A stretch of 64,000 bases of DNA from the NCBI GenBank assembly GCA_965285935.1, contig OZ260661.1, positions 79,360,001-79,424,000 on the forward strand, read 5' to 3'. Below the pieces are notes generated by a model. That model did no database searches and was not told the DNA's origin. It saw only the letters and a program-made list of their open reading frames with translations. This document shows positions 11,071 to 24,726 of this stretch, piece after piece (position 1 is the first letter of the stretch; each line of letters starts with the position of its first letter). Source of the stretch: Ophelia neglecta (lineage: Eukaryota). The position numbers were made by a program, and so were the translations under genes.

Positions 11071-14000
11071 ATTTTCCTCACTGGGCAGTTACTGTTGCTT
11101 AGAATCATAGGGTGTGGTTGTGAGGGTGCCGACAAATTCGCCCACAAAATATTTTACTTCGAAGGTGCCAGTTATTTACAGGTTTGTGTAGAAAAAGCAT
11201 CTTTTACCGCATGAGAACAAGTCTCACAACTATTCATCCCCCCCTCCCCCCAACCCAGGAAAATTTAATAGACCCCTCCCCCAAGGCGATGGATCATTTT
11301 AACTGTCATATTTTTCTTCTCCATCAAGCTCTGTTGGAGAATAAGTATAACATAAAGTAACGATTTATTATTTCTCTTCTAGACTTTTTGAGCATAGAAT
11401 TTGGACTTTTGATTTAATGAATGTACTTTGTGCTTTTCAGATCCATTCTCTGGCATAATATTTGATCGGGAAGATAAATGCCGATATAATGGAGCCATTT
11501 TTTGAGAGTAAACAAGATGCTTCAGAGAGACAATGGGTTCTAAACAACAATTTCCACAGTTTACACGCGGTTCATTGTCTAACAATAAAAATAGTGTCTG
11601 TATTTGCTCATTATGCATTGTCTTTGGACTTGACTAGAACTGCTATACTTTAAAGGTAATAAAATATAGCATAATAATCAAGATAGATAGATGGCAACTG
11701 GCAGTAATATTAGTGGATGTCATTATAAACGACCTTTGTCCCACCTAGGTTTTCTAGCAAGACTAACATCAATAATTCAGGGGGTGCACTGTTGAAAGTG
11801 TAAAGGCGTACAATTTACAGGGAATAGGCATAACTCGAACACTCAGCGAAAATAATCGATAATACAATATAGGCCTACGTAATAACGTGTTTACGTGCTT
11901 TTTTCATTGACATCCACGTGACATATTAAGTATTTTGACTTAGTTGCATACACTGATCGGCCCCATAAAATACTGTGCAGTCAGAAGTACAATGTACAGA
12001 TAGTAATATTATAAGCAACGTGGAGAACATCAAAGCATTATAAATTATTTGACGGAATTCAATTGTAAGCTTTCAGAAAAGCGGGTAAAGAGTTAGGCCT
12101 ATTTAAGTTTAAAAAAAGGGCGACACAAGATATTTCCAAAATAAAAATAAAAATTCCATCACCGTTTTCTTCCTAAACCCAAAATGTCATGCCGGGGATT
12201 ACAGGTCTATTGGCCACTAAGCTGATTTTCATAGACAAAATTGCAGGACCTTTTTTGTATATACACTATAGGCTGTTTGGAAAGCTAAAGAACGCTGTAG
12301 TGTAAACACATAGTAAAATGTGTATGGTTAAAATTTTGTCTGTTCACACGACGATGCATTTCCGACTGTGCATGTGGACTTTTTACACAGCTGAAAATAC
12401 CATCTCCCCAGGTCGCAAGCAAGACAGACGTTGTGTCACCAAATCAGGCTAAAAGATGACAGAATATTGAGGTCGTCCTCCAGGGACCTGCGTCTCAATT
12501 AAGAGCAATATGTGTGTGACCAGTTAACGATTTGTTCAGAAACTCAATGGCAGCTAGAAAAAAACTTTTAGAGTGCTTTATTACAGGCAAGAAAGGCCAC
12601 ATTATTTAAATCGTTATGGTACCAGAGAATATGCCGCCAAACAGCAATTCCACTCTTCTTTAAGTTGGTATTTTTTTGTAACCGGAGCCGGGTATCACTG
12701 TTTATGTTCTTTTAGAAAAGTAAACGCTTTATTAACCATAATCAAAATGGTGCCATGACCTGAAAACGAACCAACCAGTATTAAGCCATCTGGCGCCTTG
12801 TTGAATGGCAGGATTCACACCAAATTTGATCTTAATTGAACCCATAATGCGAACGTTATATATGTATATAAATGTATATGCGATCAGAGAAGACCGAAGC
12901 ATAATCTTGTCCATGCGGACGATGACAGGGGTAAATATACTAATCTAAAAAATCTCAAAGCCATTATTGTACAACATATCGGAAGTCCATGTATACGAGC
13001 GACGCCCTATAGTTTCCGTACAAACGACATCTGTGAAAACATTGGCCAATGAATATGTTTTAGACGGCGTTGGACCTAAATTAGAAACACGGATTTGGGG
13101 TGTGGTGTGTTTTGGGGTGGGGCCGGGTGGAAGTCGGTCCTCACATGACTAGATACTTATGATAGGAGGGAGGGGGGGGGGGGGAGTGTATGCTTACACA
13201 TGACCAGTTAATTTGAATTTGGTACTCCGCGTACTGGGCTCATGCAGCATTTTAATGTCCTTGACTGTTGTCTGCGCCGATCTCTGGCGATTAACTGCCA
13301 CATGGCAGGAAGGAAAAATTTAATATTATCTGATAATAACCAAATTAAGGAAAGCATAACATGTTGTTAATATGATATATCAAAAAAGGATTGGAATAAT
13401 TTGAAGATGGGCATTGAAGAATAGCTTTTAGAATTATTTCTTTGTAAATTTACATAACTTCATATTTCATAAAAATAAAAGGTGTAGAACCTACAATTAA
13501 ATATAAATACATTTTGACTATTATTGGGGCTATAGGAAACAATCATCTTGTGGCGTCATCGTGGCAAAAGCCCATTTATTTTAATGAAAACCAGAAGAAT
13601 AAACTTTATTCAACAAAAGTTTAGCGGTAATCAAATGATTTGTCCTTGATCGAGTTGTGCCCCTACTTGGGTCTCCTGAAAACGTTCCCTATAGTTTTTT
13701 TTTTTTAAAAAAAGCCAGTGACATCTTCGGATTTTAAGTCAGCAAATTTATCATGCTGTCACTTTTAATAACAGCTTAACGCGTCTTTTGATTTTTATAT
13801 AGGCAAAATAATCGTTTTATTAGTTTTTTACCCATCGCGAACCCATGTAGAGGCACCGAGTTAGTGTGATCTGCCAAGGCGAGTTGGCTCTCTCTCTCCG
13901 CGCGTCTTTTAACAGGAAAATGACGTTTATTAAGTGCCCCCACAATTCAATGGGGTTTTATCTGGCTTAATGCAATCAACTTTATTTCCTGCTGCGCTCA

Positions 14001-14299
14001 TATAGATTGTACCCAATTATTGGCAACTTTTATTTTTCATTAAGCGCGTACATAGGCAGACTCTCAATTTCCACGGTGAATTAACAGACAACCGTATCAT
14101 ACGATAGCTCATTATTCGCTTGTCACAAAAAATGCCTGGCTGGGAAATTGAAATTTCTTTTATTATATTCGCCGATTTGGTTTTTTCCCCAGCGATGACC
14201 CACTTAACCCACTAAAGCTGGGCCTAAATCCCAAATAATCAAATAGACAGCAGGCACCAGTTTCATTGTTTTCCCATAAAAAACAACAGGTATCGGGCT

Positions 14300-15320
14300 A
14301 TACCTCTTCCGTTATACCGATGCTCAAAATGAGCGTATGGAGTGTTTTGGGACAGGCGTATTTGCCTGGAGGACGATACGCTTATCTACAACATATAAAA
14401 AGTCGACAATGAGTGACATGGTTTATATGGAAACAGGGAGAGTTCCCCTGATTTATTTTAGGTATTGCAAAACTATTAAAGTCTGGGCGGAAATGAAAAC
14501 AGGTATTTGTGTGGTAAAGTTTTGTCAGAATATAATAGATTGGTCATTGTTACCACCTGGGAAAATAATGTTAAAAATCTGCTAAATAATATTGACCTCG
14601 GGCACTTATATGACTGTGATTTTGGTAAATTGAGTGTCACCATGTTATACAGAACTGTAAAAAGTAAACTCCTGGCTAGAGCCAAAGCTCAGATTTATAA
14701 CAATGTTTGTAGTAGTAGGAAGTGTATTACGTATAAACTGCTATGCAACGAGGATTGTAAAATGCCAATGTATCATACTTTAGGTGTATCAGTACAAAAT
14801 GTTGTAACTCTCACAAGGTTGTTCACTAGGAATCACAAATTGGCAATTGAAACTGGTGGCTGGACAAACCCTAGGGTTCCTCCCGAGCAAAGAGCTTGCC
14901 TCGTCTGTAATGAAATCGTGGACGAAATGCATTTACTGTTTAGTTGTCCGCTTTATTCTACCTTGCGTGACCACTATGTTGGCGACCTGCTTGTTGACAG
15001 AGATGTCGAGCCTTCTGCTCATAATGCATTATTCTTGGAACTAAGTCGGACGTTAAGACAGTATATAATAAATTCGCAATTTTCATCAGGAAAGCGCTAG
15101 AGGTGCATGCTAGATTGTTCTTATAAATATTCGCAATTTTTCGCTCTTAATTAGAGTTGTATGCTAGATTGCTCCTATAAGTATATGCGATTTTCGCTCT
15201 TAATTAGGGTAACATACTGGATTGTTTAATAAGCTTTTCTTAATTGTTCCAACATATACAAGAATTCATTCATCATTGTAACCTTTATTATTAACCTTTA
15301 TTAACCTTTATTAACCTTTC
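14300..15320 (+). mobile_element. 5'-truncated non-LTR retrotransposon (ORF2 C-terminus with CCHC knuckle, RTE-X-like) plus 3' tail
   Basis: ORFs 14337-14585 and 14507-15100 in overlapping frames: KKSTMSDMVYMETGRVPL, LTRL..NHKLAIETG.W, CLVC...DEMHLLFSCPLYSTLR; 53-54-bp repeats and (TTATTAACCT)n downstream. Confidence 0.88.
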
Positions 15321-15321
15321 C

Positions 15322-15377
15322 TATGTATGTATATATATATATATGTGTGTGTGTGTAGGTGTGTGTGTGTGTGTGTA
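15322..15377. repeat. (TA)n/(TG)n microsatellite
   Basis: Read directly. Confidence 0.9.
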
Positions 15378-18300
15378 TCAGTATATTGGAAGTACAAAAA
15401 CCAGCTTTTGAGCCAGTTACAACGGAAACGTCGAGTTAGATAAGATATTGGGGCAACAATTCGAACGGACGCTCCTTAGCTGGCACTTACAGATATACAG
15501 AATACTTGACGACTTTTATTGGGAATGATATGTTTTTAAAGTATGCCCCAAAGCCTTACTTATAGGGCATTACTCAGGCCCATGACCACATATTGTGCAG
15601 TTTAGCTCCGCTATTTTAATATAAACCTCATCTTATTGTCTCACAATGTCGAATATGAACAAAATTCGCCCAATTAACATTAATTTTCAAAAACTATACT
15701 TGTGAGCGGCTAAAATGCCAGATTTTGGGCGATGGGCCTGTGAAAATCCCTTAAAAAAATAATTCCCAATAAGGCATTCAAGTATTAGGTCGCCATGTAA
15801 AACACCAACTAAATATAAACTGCTCTAAATTGTTGTCTCTTTATCATGAAAGCTTTGGGGACTGCTCTATCCCTAAAAAACTTTCTTGCTGTCAATTTCC
15901 ATGTCGGCCTTTTTGTTGCTTACCATCTCTTCCGTTTTTTTTTCTTTAACGTCAGCATGATTTGGGTAAAGCGGTAAATTTTCAGAGAAAATCGAGTTTG
16001 AACAGGGCGCCTGTAAAGAGAGCTATTTGAAGGTATTCAATCTAGACTTTATCCGGATTCACGGAGTACTGGAGCCAGTTAGATCTAAATCATAAAAAGT
16101 TGACAAGTGAAATCGGTTCCTCTGTTTCCGAAGACGCAATTAAAAAAGGTCACAACTATTTGTATGATTGGTTGTCGCCATAATAGTATGGTTAGGTGAT
16201 TAGCCCTGATTAGTTGATAGTATGGATGATTGGTAAATCCTAGGCCATAGGATAAGGTCGGGTTTTTAGATAAACACTGATTAGACTTATTGGTTTTCTT
16301 TCATTTGATCATATCTTTAAAGACATAATTATACATAAGGCTAAATATCCACGACGGGTAAAATGTAGGTACTAGGTTTGTATTGCGCTGCGGAGCATGT
16401 AGATTCTGCCTCCTCGGAGATGGAGGGGGGGGGGGGGGGGGGACTCGGTCAGCGGTGTAATGAAAAAAGGTGATCCAGTCAACAAAGTGTTAAAAATTGT
16501 AAAGCGGGGAGCTTAATTACAGGAATTAGAACAAATATATATCATTTTATAACCAGGACTTTTATGTGGGTGTATATCATACTGAGGACAACTTGGTACA
16601 CCTGGCGGCAGTTAGCCCCACCATTTAGGCTATAGGCCTGCCCCTTCCACCCACTCATATTGAGACTGGTGTTCTATACCTAGTTGACAAGAGGCAAGGT
16701 AAGGCAATTTCAAAGACCTTCTTAGCGCCAAACCTATACAGGAAAATAATACGTCTGGAGACATATTTTGTCACGATTTCATATGATCTGTTTCAATTGG
16801 ATTTTGGTCCCCACCCCCGGGAATAAAACGAGACAACCGGGAAGCAGAGTACTGATTCTTGGAAAATGATTCCTGCATGCTAGATAGTGCATGGTGAAGG
16901 GTTGATTAGCTGGGCTACACGAAAGCATTCCCACCTTATCATATGACCTCCTTAACTCTCTTTAAAGGGGGCAAAATGGTTTTTTTCTCACCCTCATGAC
17001 ATATCATTTCAATGGGTCTAGTCGTAACGCAGAGGTGAAGAATGCAGGGCATCTGGCAATAAACTGAGAAACATGGCCGTGGTCGACGGGGAGTCGAAAC
17101 GCTTACATTTATCTTGTGGTTTTTCGATGGAACTTTATGCGCTCGGCATTTATTTACCAGACAGGATGAGCACCTGCGAACATTCCTGGTTGGAATCAAA
17201 TGGAACAATTTTGATATTTGAAAGTGGTGATTGGATGTATCTTGGCCTATTCTTTGAAAACAACCAGAGATATATTACTACCTCTTCAGTTCAGTCAAAT
17301 AGGCGAATAGTGGCGAATTGTGGTCATCTTTTACTAGGTATTACATGGTTTAACCAATATAAATTAATAAATAAATTTCGAGGTAGTTTTGAACATTTCT
17401 TGGTAGTTCGTCACATATTAGTTGGACGGTCAGTAAGCGTCACTCCGCAAGAACGTGGCATCAATTACTATGCTACTAACGAGGTTCTGACCTCGTTAGT
17501 AGCATAGTAATTGCGCCATGTCATCAAAGGTTAATTACCTATTTATAGCCCTACCTGTCCAATACAATATGCTTTGCCTTTTAATAATCCCTTCAAATTA
17601 GTCATCAAGTCACGCATTTGGCACATAAAGAAGCAATAGATATCTGTTTGAACGGATGCTATTCGTCTTTACCGTTATTTTGTTTCAAAATGAGCAACAT
17701 GGCAATGAATGGGATTGAAAACTGCGGAGCGGTGGCATTAAAATGTCACCGAGTCTGGCGATCAATCCAGGCTGGCACGACTGGCGCTGAACACGGTTAG
17801 CTTCGTCTAACAATCAAATTGTAAGGCAGCTATTTCTTGTCCGGAGAGGGTCAAGTGTAAATAATACTGACAATGTCATGATGAGCAGGGGCGTGTCTTT
17901 CTCAGCCGCAGGGCCTAACCCTCACCTCACCGGAAGTCATAATTAAGATACAACAGGAATGTTATATGGACGAAAGAAATGTATTACCTTTATCTCTTAA
18001 TAGTTCATAATACTTAGCTCTGCTTTTAAAAACGGACTCATTCCATTTTTGTAAACGACTGGCTTATAGGCCTAGTTATTGTGGCATAATTCGGCCATTC
18101 ATTATAATATTTTAATACAGCTCGGGCAAGCCTTTTATGTAGCAACATAACCGAAGGCGCATACCCGCTCCTATATATCAAGAGATATACAAAACACTGT
18201 ACCATAGCAAACCATGTAATGACCGTTTACGAGTGTACAGTCTTACATGATTGTGTTATAAGTAAATGTGATATAAGATCCATATTCATCACCAGACAAG

Positions 18301-19082
18301 GAAACAAAATTTGCTTTTCATGCCCATCTTTCGAATGTATATTTCTCTTGGCTATGTTATTGGGACAACTATACACCAAATTAAACAGTCAATCTGCCCC
18401 CTCCAAAGAAATACGATCATACCGACATATCTAACGGCAGAATGATGTGAATTTACAGCAACAGCACTTATCTCATTCACAATCTTTATACGGTTTATTA
18501 CATTCCGTAGGATTAGCCTGCTGTGCCTATGATGGAAAGCATCCTTGAAACGGGTTTATTGTAGCCATGTAAATATTTCCCAACTTATATATTAAAGTGA
18601 TTTGCGTCAGGCAGAGAGCAGTCCCATTGTACACACGATGGCACGCCAGGGATTAGAACGCCATTGATTCCCTGTTCTATGTAACTTACCATACAGTAGT
18701 CACCGAAAAGGACAGTCTCAAAGCAACCGAAGAGCTATCATTAACGAGGACAGCTAAGACATTGATCAGGCGTTTTTTTCTCGAATTAATGTCTGGGTCC
18801 TTCATAACTAGGCATTGAAAGCTCGTCTATAGCTGTAGATCTAACACATTTCCACGGTTATATTTTTACCTTAATGGTATTACCAGTTGAGCTAATGATG
18901 TGCGAGGATGCAGCTTTTGGCTCAGCTGTTATATCAGATTCACCTTTCAATGGAATCTACAGAATATATACCAGCTTAAAGGGATCCTTTGGTTATTGCT
19001 TCCATCTGCGGATGCACAGCGTCTTTGATCATTCATTATATGTTTGATTCACATAACATTCAGCACACCGGGGTCTAGTTTA

Positions 19083-19912
19083 AGAAAGGTTCATTATTTA
19101 ATAGACGGAGAGGGGGGATTGTGGGTAACTTTTCGCCAAGTTTGTCAGGTAGGGGTGAGGATGGGGTAGGGTGGGGGTGAATGGGGATCATTTGTTTCTG
19201 CATATGGCAGCAATTGCAAAGACATTCTTTACAAAGACGATTGATTGTCAGCGGCTTGCAGCATTGAGTGGCTATACTGTTTTATTTTGCTCGTGGCCAG
19301 TGGTTTCAGGCATAGTGTTCAGGTATCATATATATATATATATACCTAGGGTTTTACCGTAGGCCCAAAAATATTCTGCAAGGACATCTTTAATATCAGC
19401 AGAAACATGCTGTTTTCACACAGCTGGCTAGAACGGACAAATACTTCTGATTACAACATTTAAAAACATAGCCAACCATTCTTTCTTAGCCTTCCTTCCC
19501 TTGCCTCCAGGGCAATTTGGTTTCATCAATATGGCATGTATTGAAATGTGTTTCAGCTTGTGTTACAACCGACTTATTGGTACAACCACTACAATAGTAC
19601 GGCGTGAAAACACTGTAGTGATATTTATAAAACTACTTAACGATCTATAAAAGAAGAAAAAAATAATGTATACATGTAAGTCCCTTTCGGTGAAGACAAA
19701 TACCAAAATGTTGTTAATTTCATCTGCTAGACGGTACAAAATAAACCATGACGTGTCCTTGCCTTCGAAAGTCCGTTTACTGACTTAACATTTGAAATAG
19801 TGCCTCAATTCTCGACTAATCCATTACTATTACTCAATATGTTTGGTTTACCCAATTCAAATTCGATGCCCCCCCCCCCCCCCCCCCCCGGTGATAAATA
19901 ATGAGCGCTCTT
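19083..19912. mobile_element. PIF/Harbinger-type MITE, ~830 bp
   Basis: TTA|AGAAAGGTTCATTATTTA...GGGGGG on the left and C-tract...TAAATAATGAGCGCTCTT|TTA on the right: imperfect 18-bp TIRs with inner G/C tracts and 3-bp TTA TSD. Confidence 0.6.
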
Positions 19913-22164
19913 TTAATCAATGTGGAACCGTGTTGCTTTTGCTCATAGTTTTCGCCGCAACTGTTATATGATCTGAAACTTCATGCTGTCATTTTATAGA
20001 GCAGTCTCGCTGTCTCGGCAATGGAGCCAGAACTGAGAAATAACACGCAACAGAGGATCTAACTGATCATTGATCAATCGAGTAAAGATGAGCATTCTGG
20101 CTGCCAGCCAGATTAGCTTCCATGATTAAATATGCCGGCGTTTTATCGGAAGAACTTATATAAATGGGTTTGCTTCATCAAAAGCATAAAGAAACTTCGT
20201 GACACTATTCATCCAATATTAACTAGGTATCACTCAGACGGGAAAGTTTCTCATGCGAAAGCTTTCGAAGAATCATAACACGTACGCAGTTGCCTTTACG
20301 GCTTAACGGGTATTCCTTTTTCCAAAAGAACTTCATCCCAGCAAGCCACTCGGCTTGCTGCGGAAGCTAATATTCTGTGTGTAACACTCTTTTTACTCTT
20401 GAGTCATGATTGATCCTGACGGAATGACCGCTTTTCAATTCTATTAACAGCCTCTGGGCGCATAGAGCTGCTAGGCTTTACTTGCAGTTGACGGGATGGC
20501 CGCGACATAAATTGCGGCTGGTTTAACAGAATTCTTACGGCATCAATGATTTTTTCAAAGCAGCCAGAGGTGGATGGTGGACGCCACAGTGCTCAGCCGT
20601 CCAAGGATGTGGTTGGCGGCTTGGGGGCAGTTCCCCGAGGAAGACACTTGAACCTGAAATGAACATTAGCGGATCAATGAATGCCCATTCCAAAGTGGGA
20701 CACCTTGTCCAGAGGTTTTTAGACAATGATGATGAGATTTGTCGCCCTGACTAGCGTTTGGTGTCAATTACGAGAGAGATATATGTGTACGCTCGCCTTA
20801 GCCGGGAATTAAATAGTAGTCGATGTGCGATAATATAGTACGAGCATTGGGCTCGACCAGTATTAACAATCGACAGCCCATCTACAAGAAAATGAATTAA
20901 CCATCAGTCACGTGACAACGAAAAGCAATATGGACAACAATGAATTGTTAGCAACTCCACTGATGAATAAATTGTACAATTATTTTGGGACAACTAGGTC
21001 TATATATTAATGGAAGGGATGTACCCACATCAAGCAAGATTGCAACACGGAATAAGAAATTCCCATGGTGAAATAATTACCATAAACATAGTTTGCAATT
21101 GAGCAAATGTCGGCTGCAAAATGTTCGTCAGGATAGAAAATTTGGATGCATTTAAAGTTCGGTGTCTTTAACTGCACGTTGAACATGTGTCGTGGGTCAT
21201 CTAGCCTGAAGAGGGGGACTAACATTATGCGTATTACAAAAATCTAGATTGAGCTGCATGTAAAATAAATCTGCAGATTATAATGGCGTCATCCCATATA
21301 ATATTGTACATACAATAAATAGCCTATCCGAATCCTATTATCAAAGCCAACTGGGAAATCTTAAATCCGTGTGTTTGAAGCGGTTCTTCTCTGGCAAATA
21401 AAGAGAGCAGGCAGTTCCATGATAAAATTCTCTAGAGGCTGGTGACCATCACGAGCAATTTTTATCTATACACGAAGAGAAATTAAACATGTGCATGAAG
21501 ACCCAAGGCTAGAAACCTATCGCCCTGAAAAACAATGTTTATACTTTCCACTACCAAAGATATTTTCAATTAATTCACCAATCACTTCAATGATATGTTA
21601 GCATTCTTGTCAAAATACATTATTTTTGCGGTCCAAACTGATTTTAGACCCCATTGCTCTGAACATCTGTTCGCTAAGGGAATATTCAGACCTATACCTA
21701 AAATGAAACGGATAATTTAATGAGCTGCAAAAACTATCCGAATGATGGATGGAAAAAAGCTAACCTATATAACATGAATCAAATACAAGAATGTTGTTTT
21801 ATGATAAAAATCAATGAAAAACTCAATTTCCGACCATCGAATCCACTTTGGTCAACAAATTATAGCTAAGCGTCCTCTTGTGTACACGGCAAACTATGCC
21901 TTCAATACACACTTATGTACTTAACGGCCAGTGCATATGTCCATACACAGCTGATGTTGTTCGATCGCCGTAGGGTTACAATGTCAGCGGAAGCGTTGTC
22001 CATCGCTGTCAAAAGGACGCTGGCCAACAGTCACGAGACATATACTTCCCGACTTTATTAGGTCAAAGGTCTCAGCGCGTCAAATATGTCTCAGCTATTC
22101 AAAGATGATAAATTATTCTTTGTAATCAAACTTCCATCAATGATAAACATAATAATATTACAGG

Positions 22165-22362
22165 CAGTGGCGGACCCAGGATTTCAGGAAGGGGGGGGGG
22201 GGCAAATATTCCAAGGTTGACAGGGCCAATGTCTGGATTGTCCCCGGTACCAACCCTCTGAAACCACCTTGCGTGGGTCCAGATATAGGCCCTGGTCCGG
22301 GCCCACTTTTTGGCAAAGGGGGGGGGGGGGAGCAGGCCCCCTGCCCCCTTAATCTGCCACTG
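22165..22362. mobile_element. hAT-like MITE, 198 bp, with 6-bp TSD
   Basis: TACAGG|CAGTGGCGGA ... TCTGCCACTG|TACAGG; two internal poly-G tracts; GC-rich against AT-rich flanks. Confidence 0.85.
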
Positions 22363-23169
22363 TACAGGGAAGTATGTGCTGCTACAAGCACCATCCATAC
22401 ATTGTGCATGTATAGCAAATCAGTTGAGCAACGTGTTCCGTTAGGAATTCTATACATACCCATGCTTCCATGAACCAATTATGTTTCCCGACGCCAGTAA
22501 GTTTTTCCTCGGCAAATGATAATGAATCTGTAGACGGTAATATGACACAAGCCAGAAGTGGCTTAGTGCTCAATGTCGCTCTTGCATGTATGCATAGATA
22601 TTTTCTTGTATCAAATGATTATTTGCCTCCTCTGAAACCAACTTGACCCAATTGCAAATCCACTTATCTCGAGGCCTCATAAATGCTCGACTCATACCCA
22701 TCCATGAGTGGCGTTAATAAAGCAGACGAGATTAAAGCAAATTATTATTAATTAGCCTTGCCATGTTGCATTTGTTCGAAAACCCTACGGACAATTCTCA
22801 GAACCGAAGACTGCTTAAAAATAACCATCACGTTTAACAAATGTGAATATAAATGACTGCCCAAACACATTCCTAGTGGTCTAAATTTAATCATATGCCA
22901 GATTAGATTTCTTTGTATTAAGGGCTATTTCTGTTAAGTGCCGTGAACATTTTATTGCTATTAAATCAAAATATTGTTTGAATGCCTTTTACATGATGTC
23001 TGCTCCAAAATGATTAATGGTTAATCACTAAAATGTGTCTATATTTGGACGTAAAGTTCAATAGATCCATATATTTTGTGTGTGGGGCATTGGACGACAT
23101 CGCACTAATACGTCATTTGGGCCTACTGTGGCAATAGTCTACCTCAACTTATCAAATGTACAGATTTGT

Positions 23170-23605
23170 TTCCCTATTCAAACTGTCCATTTTTTCCAGC
23201 AATATCACTTCTTCTTAGTATGCACATTCCTAGGATGGTGAACTTTTTAAATTTTGAACAAGAGACAATTATGTCCAAACTATTGACTTAGTTTAATCTT
23301 TTCAGATTTAAATGGATTTTCTTGAGGAAAACAGACAAACAAATACTAATTTATCGGAATGAACATACATTCTGAAGATTTATTGAGATCAATAGCAAAA
23401 CCCAACGGCAAAAAATTCAGCCAGTCACTTTAAGGATTGGTACTGTTCGAGCTTATAATATCATTGCTTAGCTATAAGCTTTTATTCGCCAAAGAACGAC
23501 ATTGGTATCGAGCAATATCGAAAGTGTTCCATTTCGCTCCTCATAAAATATTGTTATAGATCCATAGGACCAAATATGAACCACACAATTCACATTTATA
23601 TCTGA
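23170..23605 (-). mobile_element. Ancient L2/Crack-group LINE RT fossil
   Basis: Minus-strand motifs in order with indels: INVNC..GSIFGP, (F)A(D)DTNV, SDWL, KFTILGMCI, WK. Confidence 0.6.
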
Positions 23606-24199
23606 CATCGTTTGTCACAACTGCACTTGCCTGTTCAGGCACAATAAAAAGCGCAATTGATCAATTTTTTGGAATCGACACCTTTGTTGCTCATTGTTGA
23701 GAAAATCAAAGCATTGTCTCCTCATTGGACAGGAGCGAAAAAAAAGTATGACGTCATAAAGTCAAAATGCATGCTATTGTAAAGAGGTTTTTGTCCATCG
23801 TATACTTATGAATCCCTTAAATAGTTTTTCATCCTCGTTCTGAGTTGAACTCTGGGCACTTAGTTTTGTGATGACCCATAGCGATTAAAACTGCAGATTA
23901 TAAGTTGAGGTTGGGACCTGCCATGCATGGACGGTACACGGTAAATTGGACAGGGAACAGTGGGGTAAGACGTGGAGTAGGCCTGCAAACTAATACCGAC
24001 AGTTACACAGAAGGTAAATCGATCAAGATAATTGCAATGCTTACTGTTTGATAGGCAGCTTTAGACTGTACCATGAAAGGAGATACCCAGAGGGGAGTTA
24101 GGGGGGGGGGGGGGGGCACTCTTACCAGGAACACGCAGCGAGAGACATTGACAATGATATTGGATTGTTGATAAAGTTGCTTAAGTTGAGCGGTGTATG

Positions 24200-24726
24200 T
24201 AGATTACATTGTACAGTCAATAGTCTTCTATTACGGAGTGAGGAAAACTTTAAATTTAAAAGGGGGAACATATTTCGCATAGCATTCTGGAAGCTGAATG
24301 CTATGCAATAAAACTTAGATCTACACGTCCGCCGTTTGTTAACTGATCTCCGGCGCCGACAGGAAGCTTATTTTAGCGCACGCGTGCGTATTAATAAAGC
24401 TCATTTGTCGTCTTTTAAATATATAATTATGGCTGTGACAAGCAGTTTCAAATCTGCTCATGCTTACCACTAGATATAAACTTGATTAAAGTTACTTTCT
24501 ATAGTTATTGAATTGGCGTTTTGTTCAATACTGGTCAGGCAAGACGAGTTAATCTTAACTATGATTGTGCATGGAACGGAAGTGTTACCAGCGATGTGGC
24601 TTCTGACACGGAAAGCAACACTCTGGTGGCTTCCAGATAAAGGAGGGTGGGACGAATAAATGTGCAGCTATAATGGGAGTGCGCCTCACTTCGGAACAAG
24701 AATCAGCGGAAAGAACAAAAAGAATA
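24200..24726 (+). mobile_element. Ancient CR1-group LINE RT fossil, 5' part (interrupted by a younger insertion)
   Basis: FKRGN, CDKQF/FKSAH (cf. QFGFR..HS), NLIKVT, TLWWL.D, GR, NGSAPHFGTRISG (cf. NG..S.W..V.SG) in RT order. Confidence 0.55.
24615..24726. repeat. 112-bp direct repeat, copy 1 (putative TSD)
   Basis: Identical to 25600-25711. Confidence 0.97.

Noticed and set aside
17073-17507. 144-aa ORF
   Set aside because: No recognisable motif or coding-like composition; within chance expectation for 64 kb
18600-18675. tRNA-derived SINE fragment (GCCAGGGATTAGAACGCC resembling a reversed B box)
   Set aside because: Too degenerate; no A box or tail found
22126-22573. Pro/Gly-rich ORFs
   Set aside because: Derived from the poly-G tracts of the MITE
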